A stretch of 64,000 nt of DNA, taken from the NCBI GenBank assembly GCA_963773035.1, contig CAVYZX010000038.1:320234-384233 (forward strand). The letters run 5' to 3'. The DNA comes from an uncultured Acidobacteriota bacterium (GTDB lineage: Bacteria; Acidobacteriota; Vicinamibacteria; Vicinamibacterales; CAVVIG01). Of the stretch, positions 1 through 9,223 are shown in pieces. A program made the translations under genes and the position numbers. The notes beneath the pieces are model-generated. The model searched no databases. It was not told where the DNA came from and saw only the letters and a program-made list of their open reading frames with translations. Within the stretch, counting starts at the first letter, position 1, and every line of letters begins with the position of its first letter.

Positions 1-61
1 GTGGAGGTCGAAAAGCGCAAGGCTAAGCAGCCTGTGACATCCACCGCGGCGCGGTAGCGGT

Positions 62-898
62 GTGACCTCATACGTGATACGTGTCGCGACGGGAGTCGCG
101 CTCGCCAGTTGGTTCGTTCTCGGCATCGGCGGGAGCGCCGCGCAGCTCCCGCTCGAGCCAAGCCGGGAATCCGGCCAGAGCATCACCGCCGCATACGAGG
201 GATGGTTCAAGAACGCGGACGGAACCTTCACTCTGTTGCTGGGCTATTACAACCGGAACTCGAAACAAGTCCTGGATATTTCCGTCGGGCCCGACAACCG
301 GATCGAACCAGGCGGGCCCGATCGCGGACAACCCACACATTTTCTTCCGCGGCGTCAGTGGGGTGTCTTCACCGTCGTCGTGCCGGCGGACTTCGGCGAC
401 AAGAAGCTCACATGGACGCTGACCGCAAACGGGAAGACCACGTCGGTCCCGATGGGCTTGCAGCGGGACTATGAAGTCGATCCGTTCCGCGACGCGGCCG
501 AGAAGAACACGCCGCCGGTCCTGAAATTTCAACCGCAGGGCACTCCCCTCCAAGGCCCGCCTCGCGGCATCAGCGCTTCATACGACGCGATGGTCGGAGC
601 CCCGCTCACGTTGACGGTCTGGGCGAGCGACGACGCGATTGTGGATGCCAGCCGGCGTACCCCCGAAGCTCCTGTAACCTTGAGTTGGAGCATGTTCCGC
701 GGCCTTGGTGCCGTGACGTTCAGCAATCCCAAGCCGCCCATCGACAAGGCCGACGGAAAGGCCACGACCACTGCTACGTTCAGTCAGGCCGGGGAATACA
801 TCATCCGCGCCCAGGCCAACGACGTATCCGGAGAGGGCGGCGGAGGATTTCAGTGCTGCTGGACGAACGCGCACATCAAGGTCACGGTGAAACCATGA
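62..898 (+). CDS. hypothetical secreted protein
   Basis: 278-aa ORF (GTG start) with an N-terminal hydrophobic signal-like segment (VATGVALASWFVLGIGGSAAQ) and coding-like composition. I recognise no motif. Confidence 0.6.
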   Translation: MTSYVIRVATGVALASWFVLGIGGSAAQLPLEPSRESGQSITAAYEGWFKNADGTFTLLLGYYNRNSKQVLDISVGPDNRIEPGGPDRGQPTHFLPRRQWGVFTVVVPADFGDKKLTWTLTANGKTTSVPMGLQRDYEVDPFRDAAEKNTPPVLKFQPQGTPLQGPPRGISASYDAMVGAPLTLTVWASDDAIVDASRRTPEAPVTLSWSMFRGLGAVTFSNPKPPIDKADGKATTTATFSQAGEYIIRAQANDVSGEGGGGFQCCWTNAHIKVTVKP

Positions 899-900
899 CT

Positions 901-962
901 GTGCTGGGTGCTGGGTGCTCGGTGCTCGGTGCTGGTGCCATGTGCTAGGTGCTTGGTGCCAC
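901..962. repeat. tandem heptamer array (GGTGCTS-like), about 9 units
   Basis: Read directly: gtgctgg gtgctgg gtgctcg gtgctcg gtgctgg tgccatg tgctagg tgcttgg tgccacg. It fills the gap between the stop at 898 and the best start (GTG 963) of the next gene. Confidence 0.8.
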
Positions 963-1781
963 GTGCGGCGTGCTGCGGGCAAGTCTGCTCTTGTCGCAGT
1001 CAGTGCATTTCTGGCGACCGTGCCGTTATCGGCACAGTGGCTCAAATACCCGACGGCTAACGTCCCGAGGACGGCCAGCGGACAGCCCAATCTGAATGCT
1101 CCCACGCCGAAGATCTCCGACGGCAAGCCGGATCTTTCAGGTCTGTGGGAAGCAGAACAGACCAGACCCTGCCCGCCTGCTGGCTGTGCCGATCTGCCGG
1201 CCGGCGAGCAGTTCTTCGATCTCGGCTGGGGACTCCAAGGCGGCCTGCCGTACCAGCCCTGGGCCGCCGATCTGGTGAAAGCGCGTCGCGAGCAGAACGG
1301 CAAGGACGATCTCATCAGCCGGTGTCTGCCGACCGGCGTGCCGCGCATGCATGCGATGCCGCTCCTGAGAAAGCTGGTTCAGGTGCCTGGCGTGCTCGTC
1401 ATCCTCAACGAACAGAATGCGTCGTTCCGGCAGATCTTCACGGATGGCCGGACGTTACCCGACGACCCTCAGCCATCCTGGAACGGCTACTCGTCAGCGA
1501 AGTGGGACAACGACACGCTGGTTGTGCAGAGCAACGGATTCCGCGATGGAATCTGGCTCGATCGCTTCGGCAGCCCGATGACGGACGCGGCCAGAGTCAC
1601 CGAACGGTTTCGTCGAGTAAACTTTGGCAAGCTCGAGATCGAGGTGACGGTCGACGATCCGAAGGCATATACCAAGCCGTGGACCGTGAAGCTGAATCAC
1701 TTCATCGCTCTCGATACTGATCTGCTGGATTACTTCTGCCTGGAAAACGAAAGGGACGTCGGACGTCTGGTCGGAAAATAG
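963..1781 (+). CDS. hypothetical secreted protein (paralog of 60004..61146)
   Basis: ORF is open from 915. GTG at 963 gives a clean signal peptide MRRAAGKSALVAVSAFLATVPLSAQ. It shares the blocks DLSG(L/V)W, W-x-(G)NTLVV and T(V/I)DDPK-YT-PWT with the minus-strand gene at 60004..61146. Confidence 0.7.
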   Translation: MRRAAGKSALVAVSAFLATVPLSAQWLKYPTANVPRTASGQPNLNAPTPKISDGKPDLSGLWEAEQTRPCPPAGCADLPAGEQFFDLGWGLQGGLPYQPWAADLVKARREQNGKDDLISRCLPTGVPRMHAMPLLRKLVQVPGVLVILNEQNASFRQIFTDGRTLPDDPQPSWNGYSSAKWDNDTLVVQSNGFRDGIWLDRFGSPMTDAARVTERFRRVNFGKLEIEVTVDDPKAYTKPWTVKLNHFIALDTDLLDYFCLENERDVGRLVGK

Positions 1782-1828
1782 TCCCGGCAGATTCTCGCGC
1801 CGGGTCGAGCATCCATCACGGAGGAAAG

Positions 1829-3109
1829 ATGATTCGCAAGGTGATTCTGGCAAGTTCCACGTGTCTCGTGTTGTGTTCCCTTGGTGTGTCGGCGGCGCAG
1901 GCCCCGCGCGCCGTTCCGCGTCCACCGGCGCCGCCGCCCGGGCCGCCAAGAGCCGAAGATGGGAGTGCCGCTCCCGACGGGTACGCGCCGATCCCCGAAT
2001 GGATGGGACAGACTCGGGCGCCCAAGCCGGCCAAAATTGCGGCCTTCCAATCGGAGACCTTTGCTCAAGGGTTGATGGGCGCGTTCTCGTTCAATTTCCT
2101 CCCGGACGGCCGGATGCTCGTGGCCGAACGGCCGGGTCGCATCAAGATCGTTGGGAAAGACGGCAAGGTCTCGGATCCAATCGCGGGGTTGCCGTCGAAT
2201 CTGTGGGCGAAGGGCGGACAGGGCATTTACGAGGCGAGGCCAGACAAGGCGTTCACCACGAACCGCACGCTCTATCTTCTTTACACCGTGCTGCCCGAGG
2301 GTACGAATCCAGAAACGCCGCCGCGCTCCGCCGGCGTCATCGTCGCGGCGAGCGCGAAGCTTTCCGCGGACGACAAGCGGCTCGAAGATGTCAAAGTGCT
2401 TTTGAACGCCGAGGGCACGAGCGGGCGCTTGATCCAGGCGCCCGATGGCTCGCTGTTGATTACGTCCGCGCTGCCTGGCGGTGTCGGCGTGCTCTCGGTC
2501 GACTGGCCGCAGGCGCAGCAGCTCGACAGCAACATGGGCAAGGTGCTGCGGATCAATCCTGACGGCTCGATTCCAAAGGACAACCCGTTTGTCGGACGCA
2601 CCGGGGTGCATCCGGAGATCTTTGCCCTCGGGATCCGCGACGACCAGGGCGTGGCGATTCACCCGCGCACGGGCAAATTGTGGGCAAGCGAGCACGGACC
2701 ACGCGGCGGCGATGAAATCAACGCGATTGTCAAAGGCAAGAACTACGGATTTCCGACGATTGGATACGGCCACGAATACACTGGCAAGCCCATTAACGGC
2801 GACAAAACGGAGCAAGAGGGAATGGAGCAGCCCGTGTACTTCTGGACGCCGGACATCGCGCCCGCAGGCATTGCGTTCTACACCGGGAAGCTTTTTCCGG
2901 CATGGCAGGGAGATCTCTTCGTCGCGTCTCTCGCCGGGCGCGCGCTCGTGAGACTGGTTCTGAAGGACGAGCGCGTAATCGGCGAAGAACGGCTCCTGAC
3001 CGATCTCAATAGCAGAATCAGAGGCGTGAACGAAGGCCCGGATGGCGCGCTCTATGTGATGACGGACGGGAACGAGGGCAAGATCCTGAAGCTTACGCCC
3101 AAAAAATAG
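1829..3109 (+). CDS. PQQ-dependent sugar dehydrogenase (soluble glucose/sorbosone dehydrogenase, YliI-like)
   Basis: 426 aa with RBS ggagg upstream and a signal peptide. Blocks FLPDGRMLVAERPGRIKIV, INPDGSIPKDNPF, HPEIFALGIRDDQG, SEHGPRGGDEIN and KGKNYGFP are typical of the GSDH beta-propeller family. Confidence 0.85.
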   Translation: MIRKVILASSTCLVLCSLGVSAAQAPRAVPRPPAPPPGPPRAEDGSAAPDGYAPIPEWMGQTRAPKPAKIAAFQSETFAQGLMGAFSFNFLPDGRMLVAERPGRIKIVGKDGKVSDPIAGLPSNLWAKGGQGIYEARPDKAFTTNRTLYLLYTVLPEGTNPETPPRSAGVIVAASAKLSADDKRLEDVKVLLNAEGTSGRLIQAPDGSLLITSALPGGVGVLSVDWPQAQQLDSNMGKVLRINPDGSIPKDNPFVGRTGVHPEIFALGIRDDQGVAIHPRTGKLWASEHGPRGGDEINAIVKGKNYGFPTIGYGHEYTGKPINGDKTEQEGMEQPVYFWTPDIAPAGIAFYTGKLFPAWQGDLFVASLAGRALVRLVLKDERVIGEERLLTDLNSRIRGVNEGPDGALYVMTDGNEGKILKLTPKK

Positions 3110-3149
3110 TCCGTGATGCGGGTGGCACCACGCATGTCCAACTAATCCC

Positions 3150-3233
3150 GGAAATCACTTGACTTGACGTGGTAGGAGAGCATTTCCACGAGAGCGAGAT
3201 GGGTCGGTTACCACGTCAAGTCAAGTGATTTCC
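3150..3233. repeat. perfect 25-bp inverted repeat with 34-nt spacer
   Basis: ggaaatcacttgacttgacgtggta (3150-3174) and its exact reverse complement taccacgtcaagtcaagtgatttcc (3209-3233), 40 nt after the stop of the dehydrogenase gene. Confidence 0.9.
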
Positions 3234-3289
3234 GATCTAGTTGTCCGAGGCAGCGTCACGGCGGCGCGCACGGCGCGCCCGCGAGGGAG

Positions 3290-3402
3290 AGGAGCGGGGC
3301 GTGGGGCCCCCGCGAGCGACCGAGCCGGCCGCCTTCGCTTTGCTTCGGCGAGCCTCGCCGTAGCTCGAAGAGCGGAGGCGGGGGTGTGGGGCAGAGCCCC
3401 AC
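3290..3402. repeat. GC-rich structured intergenic repeat (copy A of a dispersed element)
   Basis: The core gcttcggcgagcctcgccgtagctcgaagagcggag (3342-3377) is about 85% identical to the reverse complement of 40805-40841. The region ends in the hairpin gtggggc-aga-gccccac (3386-3402). Confidence 0.55.
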
Positions 3403-3424
3403 GTGTAACGATGGGAGCGTGTCT

Positions 3425-4444
3425 ATGAACCTTCGGGCACCGATCTCCGCATTCTCCTGTGCCTTCGTCATCTCGTTGATTACTTCCGCATCGCCGCACC
3501 CTGAGGTCCTCGCGCAGAGCCCGGGCAAGATCGCGCCGATGCACGTTCATCACGTCCACCTGAATTCGGTGAACCCGAAGGCTGCGGCCGAGTACTACCC
3601 GAAGCCGTTTTCAGCTTCGGCCGTGAAAACGACGTTCAATGGTTTCGAAGCCGTCAAAACCAGCAACCTTTATCTGCTCTTCACGAAAGTCGACACGCCT
3701 CCACAGACCGAGCTGACCGGACCACAGACGTCGATCTGGCACTTCGGCTGGAACACTCCGGACTCGCGCAAGTACAACGAGCGGTTTCGCGCGATGGGGC
3801 TCGAGATCGCCCAGATGTGGGACGCTGCCGATGGAAAGCTCGTCGACATGTCGAGCGACACGCTGCCCGGACTTCCGACGCAAGAGCAAATCCTGGAATT
3901 GCGGGCGAAGGGCGCGACGCCTGCCAGGCAGGGAGGCTTCGGCTATCTCCGCGGTCCCGACGGCGCGCTGGTCGAGAACGCACAAGCCGGTCAAGTGGAG
4001 CGGTTCAACCACGTGCACATGTATCACGAGCATCCGCTGTGCGCCGTGCGCTGGTACGTCGAGCACCTCGGTGCCACGCTTCCACAAGGCCGGGGCGGTG
4101 CGCCGCCCGAGCCGCCTTCCGGCGAGTGCAAGCAGCCCTACGCTCCGCCGACCTGGCCCTCGTTCTTCAAGTTTCCCGGCTTCGTCCGGGAGCCGTCCGG
4201 CGGCGTGAACTTCGACGACATCTCCATCCTGATCCGGCCGTGGCCCGGCGGAGGGCTGGTCAGCACGCGGGGACACATCGTCGATCACTGGGCCTTGAGT
4301 GTTTCCGACCTCGACGGCACCGTGAGCCGGTTGAAAGGGGAGGGCATCAAGTTCCTCGAAGAGATCCACCCGTCGGGAAGCATGCGGGCCGCCATGATCG
4401 AGGGGCCCGATCGCGTGGCTATTGAGCTGGTCGAGGTGAAATAG
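3425..4444 (+). CDS. VOC (glyoxalase/bleomycin-resistance/dioxygenase) family protein, secreted
   Basis: ORF is open from 3386. ATG 3425 gives signal peptide MNLRAPISAFSCAFVISLITSASP. There are two VOC-like modules (VHHVHLNSVNPKAAAEYY and HIVDHWALSVSDLDGTVSRLKGEGIKF). Confidence 0.75.
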   Translation: MNLRAPISAFSCAFVISLITSASPHPEVLAQSPGKIAPMHVHHVHLNSVNPKAAAEYYPKPFSASAVKTTFNGFEAVKTSNLYLLFTKVDTPPQTELTGPQTSIWHFGWNTPDSRKYNERFRAMGLEIAQMWDAADGKLVDMSSDTLPGLPTQEQILELRAKGATPARQGGFGYLRGPDGALVENAQAGQVERFNHVHMYHEHPLCAVRWYVEHLGATLPQGRGGAPPEPPSGECKQPYAPPTWPSFFKFPGFVREPSGGVNFDDISILIRPWPGGGLVSTRGHIVDHWALSVSDLDGTVSRLKGEGIKFLEEIHPSGSMRAAMIEGPDRVAIELVEVK

Positions 4445-4454
4445 GAGGGAGGTC

Positions 4455-5114
4455 GTGATGCTGAAGAAGGGGCTGCGTATCCTCACGATGGCGATCGCGG
4501 CGTTTCCCGCGGTCGGAATTGCTCAAGCTCCGAAAGAGACGGTGTTCGTCAGCGACGAGGACATCAAGGCAGTGTTGAAGTACGCGGCCGACACGAAGCG
4601 TACGATTCCAGACAACACGATCAGGGTGGTCGACATGGGCAACTACCAGCTTGGCGTGGCGGTCATTCATCGAGGCGCGACCGGCGCCGCGGCTGCGGCG
4701 GGCGGTGCCAACCCGGCACGCGGTGCCGCGCCGGCTCCGACTCCGCAGGCGCAATGCGGTGAGCAACGCGCTGGTGCAACCGGCCCTGGCGGAATCTTCC
4801 ACGACGACACGGCCGAGACGTACATCGTCATTTCTGGTGCCGCGACGCTGATCACCGGAGGCACGATCGTCAACGGACGGCGATCGGCGGCTGACAACGA
4901 GGTGACAACGGTCCTCAACGGACCGTCTTGCAACGGAACGATGGTGGGATACGAGAGCCGTCAGGTCAAAGTGGGCGACGTCATCGTCATTCCCGAGCGC
5001 GTGCCGCACGGATTTTCAGTCGTCCCCGATCACGTCACCTACTTGAGCGTACGGCCGGACCTCAAGAAGGTCCTGCAGCACGGGTACGTCAATCCGGCAC
5101 TAGCCAAGAAATAG
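4455..5114 (+). CDS. secreted cupin-domain protein
   Basis: RBS ggaggga upstream and a signal peptide. The C-terminal beta-barrel blocks ETYIVISGAATLITGG and VKVGDVIVIPERVPHGF are paralogous to the next gene. Confidence 0.6.
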   Translation: MMLKKGLRILTMAIAAFPAVGIAQAPKETVFVSDEDIKAVLKYAADTKRTIPDNTIRVVDMGNYQLGVAVIHRGATGAAAAAGGANPARGAAPAPTPQAQCGEQRAGATGPGGIFHDDTAETYIVISGAATLITGGTIVNGRRSAADNEVTTVLNGPSCNGTMVGYESRQVKVGDVIVIPERVPHGFSVVPDHVTYLSVRPDLKKVLQHGYVNPALAKK

Positions 5115-5144
5115 ACGAATTATCCGGCTAACGAGGAGGGGACC

Positions 5145-5579
5145 ATGAAGTTCTTCTTGATCGGAGCGATGCTGTCACTGATGGTGGCGTTCACGATCGC
5201 GGACGGCGTACCGACCGTCGTGACTTATATTCCGCACGACAAAGTATCCGCGACCATGCAAAAGGGCGGATCGATCCTCAACGATCATGGCTTGATCTTG
5301 CTGGCCCAACGCCGCGGCGCCGGTGAGGTCGAAGTGCACGAGAAAACGAACCACGTCTTCATCATCGTCGAAGGCGAGGCGACATTCGTGACGGGTGGAA
5401 CGCTGGTGGACGCCAGGCAGACGGCGCCGGGCCAGACTCGTGCGCCGAGCGTTCAGGGGGGCGAGACCCATCACCTGACCAAGGGCGACGTCATTACCAT
5501 TCCGGCGAAGACACCACATTGGTTCAAGGAAGTCCCGACGCAGACCATCGCCTATTACGCGGTGAACACAGAACCCTGA
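5145..5579 (+). CDS. secreted cupin-domain protein
   Basis: 144 aa with RBS gaggaggg and a signal peptide. Cupin-like blocks HEKTNHVFIIVEGEATFVTGG and LTKGDVITIPAKTPHWF. Confidence 0.7.
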   Translation: MKFFLIGAMLSLMVAFTIADGVPTVVTYIPHDKVSATMQKGGSILNDHGLILLAQRRGAGEVEVHEKTNHVFIIVEGEATFVTGGTLVDARQTAPGQTRAPSVQGGETHHLTKGDVITIPAKTPHWFKEVPTQTIAYYAVNTEP

Positions 5580-5588
5580 TTCGGATTC

Positions 5589-6506
5589 CTACCAGCCGGC
5601 GCCTCGACTCGCCTTTGGCAGCTTGATGCGCCCGGCTGGATCGACGATCGCCACGAGCGTGTGGCGGATACGATCCTGGTAAGCCGTCGGGCCAATGCCG
5701 ATTCCACGGACCGACGGCGATTCGCCGGGACGCGTGTCCGGCGTCACGTGATATTCCACGGTGCCGATGGCGCCGTGGAGCGCGACTTTGAACTCGTCCA
5801 GCGTCTTCGTCTTGCCGCGATCGCCCGAGACACGAACCGGGCGCCTGAACTTGAAGTAGATGACGTGGTTTCCTGCCTTGATTTCGTAGATTTCAGACCA
5901 GGACACGTCGGCTTCGGCACGCAAGCCGCCCAGGCAGCCGCCCAGGGCGCGCCACAACCCGATCGCTTCAGGTCCCGGAAACTCAGGAACTCCCAGGTGG
6001 CGTTCGAACGAGCCGGCGGCCTCAGCGAAGCGATAGACTCGAATGCCCGTGGCGCTGAACGCCATGAGGAAGTAGTCGTGCGCGTCGACGTCGTACAGCG
6101 TCGCCGTCCAGACGATGGCGCCGCCGGCGTCGAAGACACGGGCGATTTCTGCGCGAGCGCGATCGCCGTCTTCGCCGAGCACGACGAGCTGGCGCGCGAC
6201 CTGCGCGTGCGCGAGCATGTTGTGGCTGTCGATCTCGAGCGCGCGCTCGGCGATGGCGAGCGAACCTTCGTTGATGTCTGCCAGCGCGTCGCGATAGGGC
6301 TCCAACGTGATGTCAAAGGCATCCCACCACTCGGTCCGCGGACGGGTGAGGTTCAACGCCTGGGCCTCGGTGGTCAAGCGATAGCTGGTTTCACGCAGTT
6401 GCGCAGGGTCGCATGTCAGCGTCCTCGTGTCTGAGGACCGGGCCCCGATGGGGGCCGAGGACATCGCCAACGCCAGACCGACCAGCAGGGAGGACACGCG
6501 AGCCAT
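5589..6506 (-). CDS. hypothetical secreted protein
   Basis: ORF is open to 6536. ATG at 6506 gives signal peptide MARVSSLLVGLALAMSSAPIGA. Composition is coding-like and I recognise no motif. Confidence 0.6.
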   Translation of the reverse strand: MARVSSLLVGLALAMSSAPIGARSSDTRTLTCDPAQLRETSYRLTTEAQALNLTRPRTEWWDAFDITLEPYRDALADINEGSLAIAERALEIDSHNMLAHAQVARQLVVLGEDGDRARAEIARVFDAGGAIVWTATLYDVDAHDYFLMAFSATGIRVYRFAEAAGSFERHLGVPEFPGPEAIGLWRALGGCLGGLRAEADVSWSEIYEIKAGNHVIYFKFRRPVRVSGDRGKTKTLDEFKVALHGAIGTVEYHVTPDTRPGESPSVRGIGIGPTAYQDRIRHTLVAIVDPAGRIKLPKASRGAGW

Positions 6507-6600
6507 GACAGCACCTCTAGCTCGTCTTATCGGCAAGTGACGTATCGCACAAAGCTGTAATCGGGTCTAACGCGGACGGCGAATTACAATCCAGCTACAT

Positions 6601-7599
6601 ATGCCAACGAACAAGCAATGGCGGCTCGCAAGCCGTCCGTCCGGCTGGGTCCGCGCGGAAAACTTCAGACTGGTCGAGACGGCCCTGCCCGAACCGAAGG
6701 ACGGCGAAGCCCTGGTCGAGAACTTGTGGTTGTCGCTCGACCCGTACATGCGCGGCCGCATGAGCGACGCGAAGAGTTACGTGAAGGGTCTCGAGATTGG
6801 CGACGTCATCGGCGGTCAAACCGTCGGCCGAGTGCTCGAGTCCCGTGCGGCTGGTCTTGAGTCCGGAAACACCGTGTTGACGCAGCTCGGCTGGCAACTC
6901 TATGGGTGTGCGAAGGGCGAGCATCTGACGAAGGTGGACGGATCACGGATTCCACTTACGTATTATCTCGGCATGCTGGGCATGCCAGGGATGACGGCCT
7001 ACTTTGGCCTGAAGGAGATCGGCCGACCGAAAGCAGGTGAGACGGTCGTCGTTTCGGCGGCGTCCGGCGCCGTCGGCAGCGTCGTCGGGCAGCTGGCCAA
7101 GATGGGCGATTGCCGCGCCGTCGGAATCGCAGGAGGTCCCAAGAAGTGCGACTACGTGGTCAACGAGCTTGGCCTCGACTCCTGCGTTGACTACAAGGAT
7201 CAGAATTTCGAGCGTGCGTTGAAACAGGCCTGCGCCAGCGGCGTCGATGTCTACTTCGACAACGTTGGCGGCCCCGTGCTCGACGCCGTCCTCCCGCTGA
7301 TGAACCTCGCGTCACGTCTGGTGGTATGTGGCACCATCGCCGACTACAACGCCAATGAGCCTTACGCCGTGAGGAATTGGCGGTCCATTCTGGTCAACCG
7401 GATTCACGTTCAGGGCATGATCGTGCTCGATTGGACGAATCGGTACGGCGAGGCGCTGCAAGCGTTGGTCGCGGCATACGCGCAGGGACGGCTGAAGACA
7501 CGGGAGTCCGTCATCGAAGGCATCGAGAACGCGCCGCAGGGTCTGATCGGTCTGCTGAAGGGAGAGAACTTCGGCAAGCAGTTAGTCAAGCTTGCTTGA
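6601..7599 (+). CDS. NADP-dependent oxidoreductase (medium-chain dehydrogenase/reductase, YncB/CurA/PTGR1-like)
   Basis: 332 aa. The N-terminus NKQWRLASRPSGWVRAENFRLVE...LSLDPYMRGRM and the Rossmann block VVVSAASGAVGSVVGQLAK are characteristic of this subfamily. Confidence 0.9.
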   Translation: MPTNKQWRLASRPSGWVRAENFRLVETALPEPKDGEALVENLWLSLDPYMRGRMSDAKSYVKGLEIGDVIGGQTVGRVLESRAAGLESGNTVLTQLGWQLYGCAKGEHLTKVDGSRIPLTYYLGMLGMPGMTAYFGLKEIGRPKAGETVVVSAASGAVGSVVGQLAKMGDCRAVGIAGGPKKCDYVVNELGLDSCVDYKDQNFERALKQACASGVDVYFDNVGGPVLDAVLPLMNLASRLVVCGTIADYNANEPYAVRNWRSILVNRIHVQGMIVLDWTNRYGEALQALVAAYAQGRLKTRESVIEGIENAPQGLIGLLKGENFGKQLVKLA

Positions 7600-7623
7600 C
7601 CGTCAGGTCATAAGCCGATTGAT

Positions 7624-7643
7624 CTTCCGGCTGAAGCCGGAAG
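7624..7643. repeat. GC-rich hairpin cttccggc-tgaa-gccggaag (variant of the 28-bp palindrome family)
   Basis: 8-bp stem with a 4-nt loop, 25 nt after the stop of the oxidoreductase gene. It has the same core as the palindromes at 30771 and 36072. Possible terminator, but there is no U-tract. Confidence 0.6.
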
Positions 7644-7690
7644 CCACACGTGCAGATGCCCAAGTGTCCTTAGACGCCCATTGAACGCGC

Positions 7691-8125
7691 ATGCTCTCGA
7701 AACTCCTGCTGGCCTGGTGCCTGATGGCGTTGTGCGTGGTGATTCACGCGTCGGCCGTGACGTCGGCCATGCAGTGGGTCCGTCGTCACCCAGCCAAGTC
7801 CCAACAATTCTGGGTCTGGACATGGCTCTTCGTTCGCGTTGCTGGCTGGATGATTCTCTTCCACCTCATTGAAATTTTCGTCTGGGCCTTGTCATATGTG
7901 TGGCTGCGCGCCATGCCCGACGTACAATCTGCGCTGTACTTCAGCGTCGTGACTTACACGACGACCGGCTACGGCGACCTTGTGTTACCACAAGAGTGGC
8001 AAATGTTGGGGGGAGTTGAGGCTCTCACCGGCATCCTGATGTGCGGGCTGTCCACGGGTTTCTTTTTCGTGGTCGTCAGCCGGATGTTCGAGCCGAGGAT
8101 ACGCTCGGCCGATCCCAGAGAATGA
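7691..8125 (+). CDS. minimal two-TM potassium channel
   Basis: 144 aa. The canonical K+ selectivity filter TTTGYGD ([14 protein letters not shown]) lies between hydrophobic helices, and there is no cytoplasmic regulatory domain. Confidence 0.85.
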   Translation: MLSKLLLAWCLMALCVVIHASAVTSAMQWVRRHPAKSQQFWVWTWLFVRVAGWMILFHLIEIFVWALSYVWLRAMPDVQSALYFSVVTYTTTGYGDLVLPQEWQMLGGVEALTGILMCGLSTGFFFVVVSRMFEPRIRSADPRE

Positions 8126-9219
8126 CGGCGCTGCTCGGAGAACTTCGTCGCAATCCGCTGCTGTGGCTGGTAGCGTTCGTGCCCGTCGTATTCTTCGCGA
8201 AGGCACTGGCGCCGGAGGCGCACGCGCTGCTCTTCGCCTTGTCGATCCTGGCCATCGTGCCGCTCGCCGCGCTGCTCAGCCACGCCACCGAATCGGTGGC
8301 GGCAAAAACCGGTGATACTGTCGGCGGGCTGCTCAACGCCACTCTGGGCAACCTGACAGAACTGATCATTGCGCTGTCCGCGTTGGGCGCCGGTCAGTAC
8401 ATGCTCGTCAAGGCGTCTATCGCCGGCGCCATCGTCACCAACACCTTGTTCATGTTGGGCGCATCGTTTCTTCTGGGAGGGTTGAAGCATCACGTCCAGG
8501 AGTTCAACCGCATCAGTGCGAGGCTGCAGGCGAGTCTGTTGTTCCTGGCCACGATCGCGTTGTTGATTCCGTCGGCCGTCAGGGCAGCAGATGCAGGGCC
8601 GACGGTGGTTTTCACCCAGCAACTGAGCGTGGGATTGTCCCTCTTACTCCTCGCCGCTTATGGGCTCGGAATGGTGTTTTCGCTCAAGTCACATCGGGAG
8701 TTGTTCGCCGCTGCGGCGCACTCGACGGACGAGGAGAAGCCCTGGCCGATCGGGCTGGCGACGGCGACGCTTGCCGGTGTGACACTGCTCATCGCGCTCG
8801 TGAGCGAAGTGTTCGTGGAATCGGTGCAGCAAGCGGCCACGACTTTCGGGATGACTCCGGCGTTCGTGGGCTTTATCGTGGTTGCGCTGGTGGGCGGTGC
8901 GGCAGAAATGACGTCGGCGTTCTCCGGCGCCCGCAAGAATCGCTTGGACCTCAGCGTGGGCATCGCACTGGGCAGCGCTGCCCAAATCGCGTTGTTCGTG
9001 GCGCCCGTCCTCGTGCTGCTCAGTTACGTCATTGGGCCCACGCCGATGGACTTGCGATTCTGGCCGGGGGCGGTGGTCATGATCCTCATTGCGACGTTCA
9101 CCGCGTCACTGGTGACCAACAGCGGGCGGTCGGCATGGTTCGTCGGCGTGCTGGTCTTGATCGTCTACTTGATTTTTGCCCTGACGCTCTATCTCTTGCC
9201 GCCCCTGGCTGAACGATGA
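8122..9219 (+). CDS. calcium/proton exchanger (CAX/ChaA family)
   Basis: ATG 8122 overlaps the channel stop (ATGA). About 11 TM segments. Two alpha-repeat signatures: [13 protein letters not shown] and [35 protein letters not shown]. Confidence 0.9.
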   Translation: MTALLGELRRNPLLWLVAFVPVVFFAKALAPEAHALLFALSILAIVPLAALLSHATESVAAKTGDTVGGLLNATLGNLTELIIALSALGAGQYMLVKASIAGAIVTNTLFMLGASFLLGGLKHHVQEFNRISARLQASLLFLATIALLIPSAVRAADAGPTVVFTQQLSVGLSLLLLAAYGLGMVFSLKSHRELFAAAAHSTDEEKPWPIGLATATLAGVTLLIALVSEVFVESVQQAATTFGMTPAFVGFIVVALVGGAAEMTSAFSGARKNRLDLSVGIALGSAAQIALFVAPVLVLLSYVIGPTPMDLRFWPGAVVMILIATFTASLVTNSGRSAWFVGVLVLIVYLIFALTLYLLPPLAER

Positions 9220-9223
9220 CGCC

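Noticed and set aside
1730-2815. 361-aa minus-strand ORF
   Set aside because: It is fully antisense to the well-supported PQQ sugar dehydrogenase gene. Its Arg/Pro/Gly-rich composition is typical of GC-rich mirror frames, and it has no motif.
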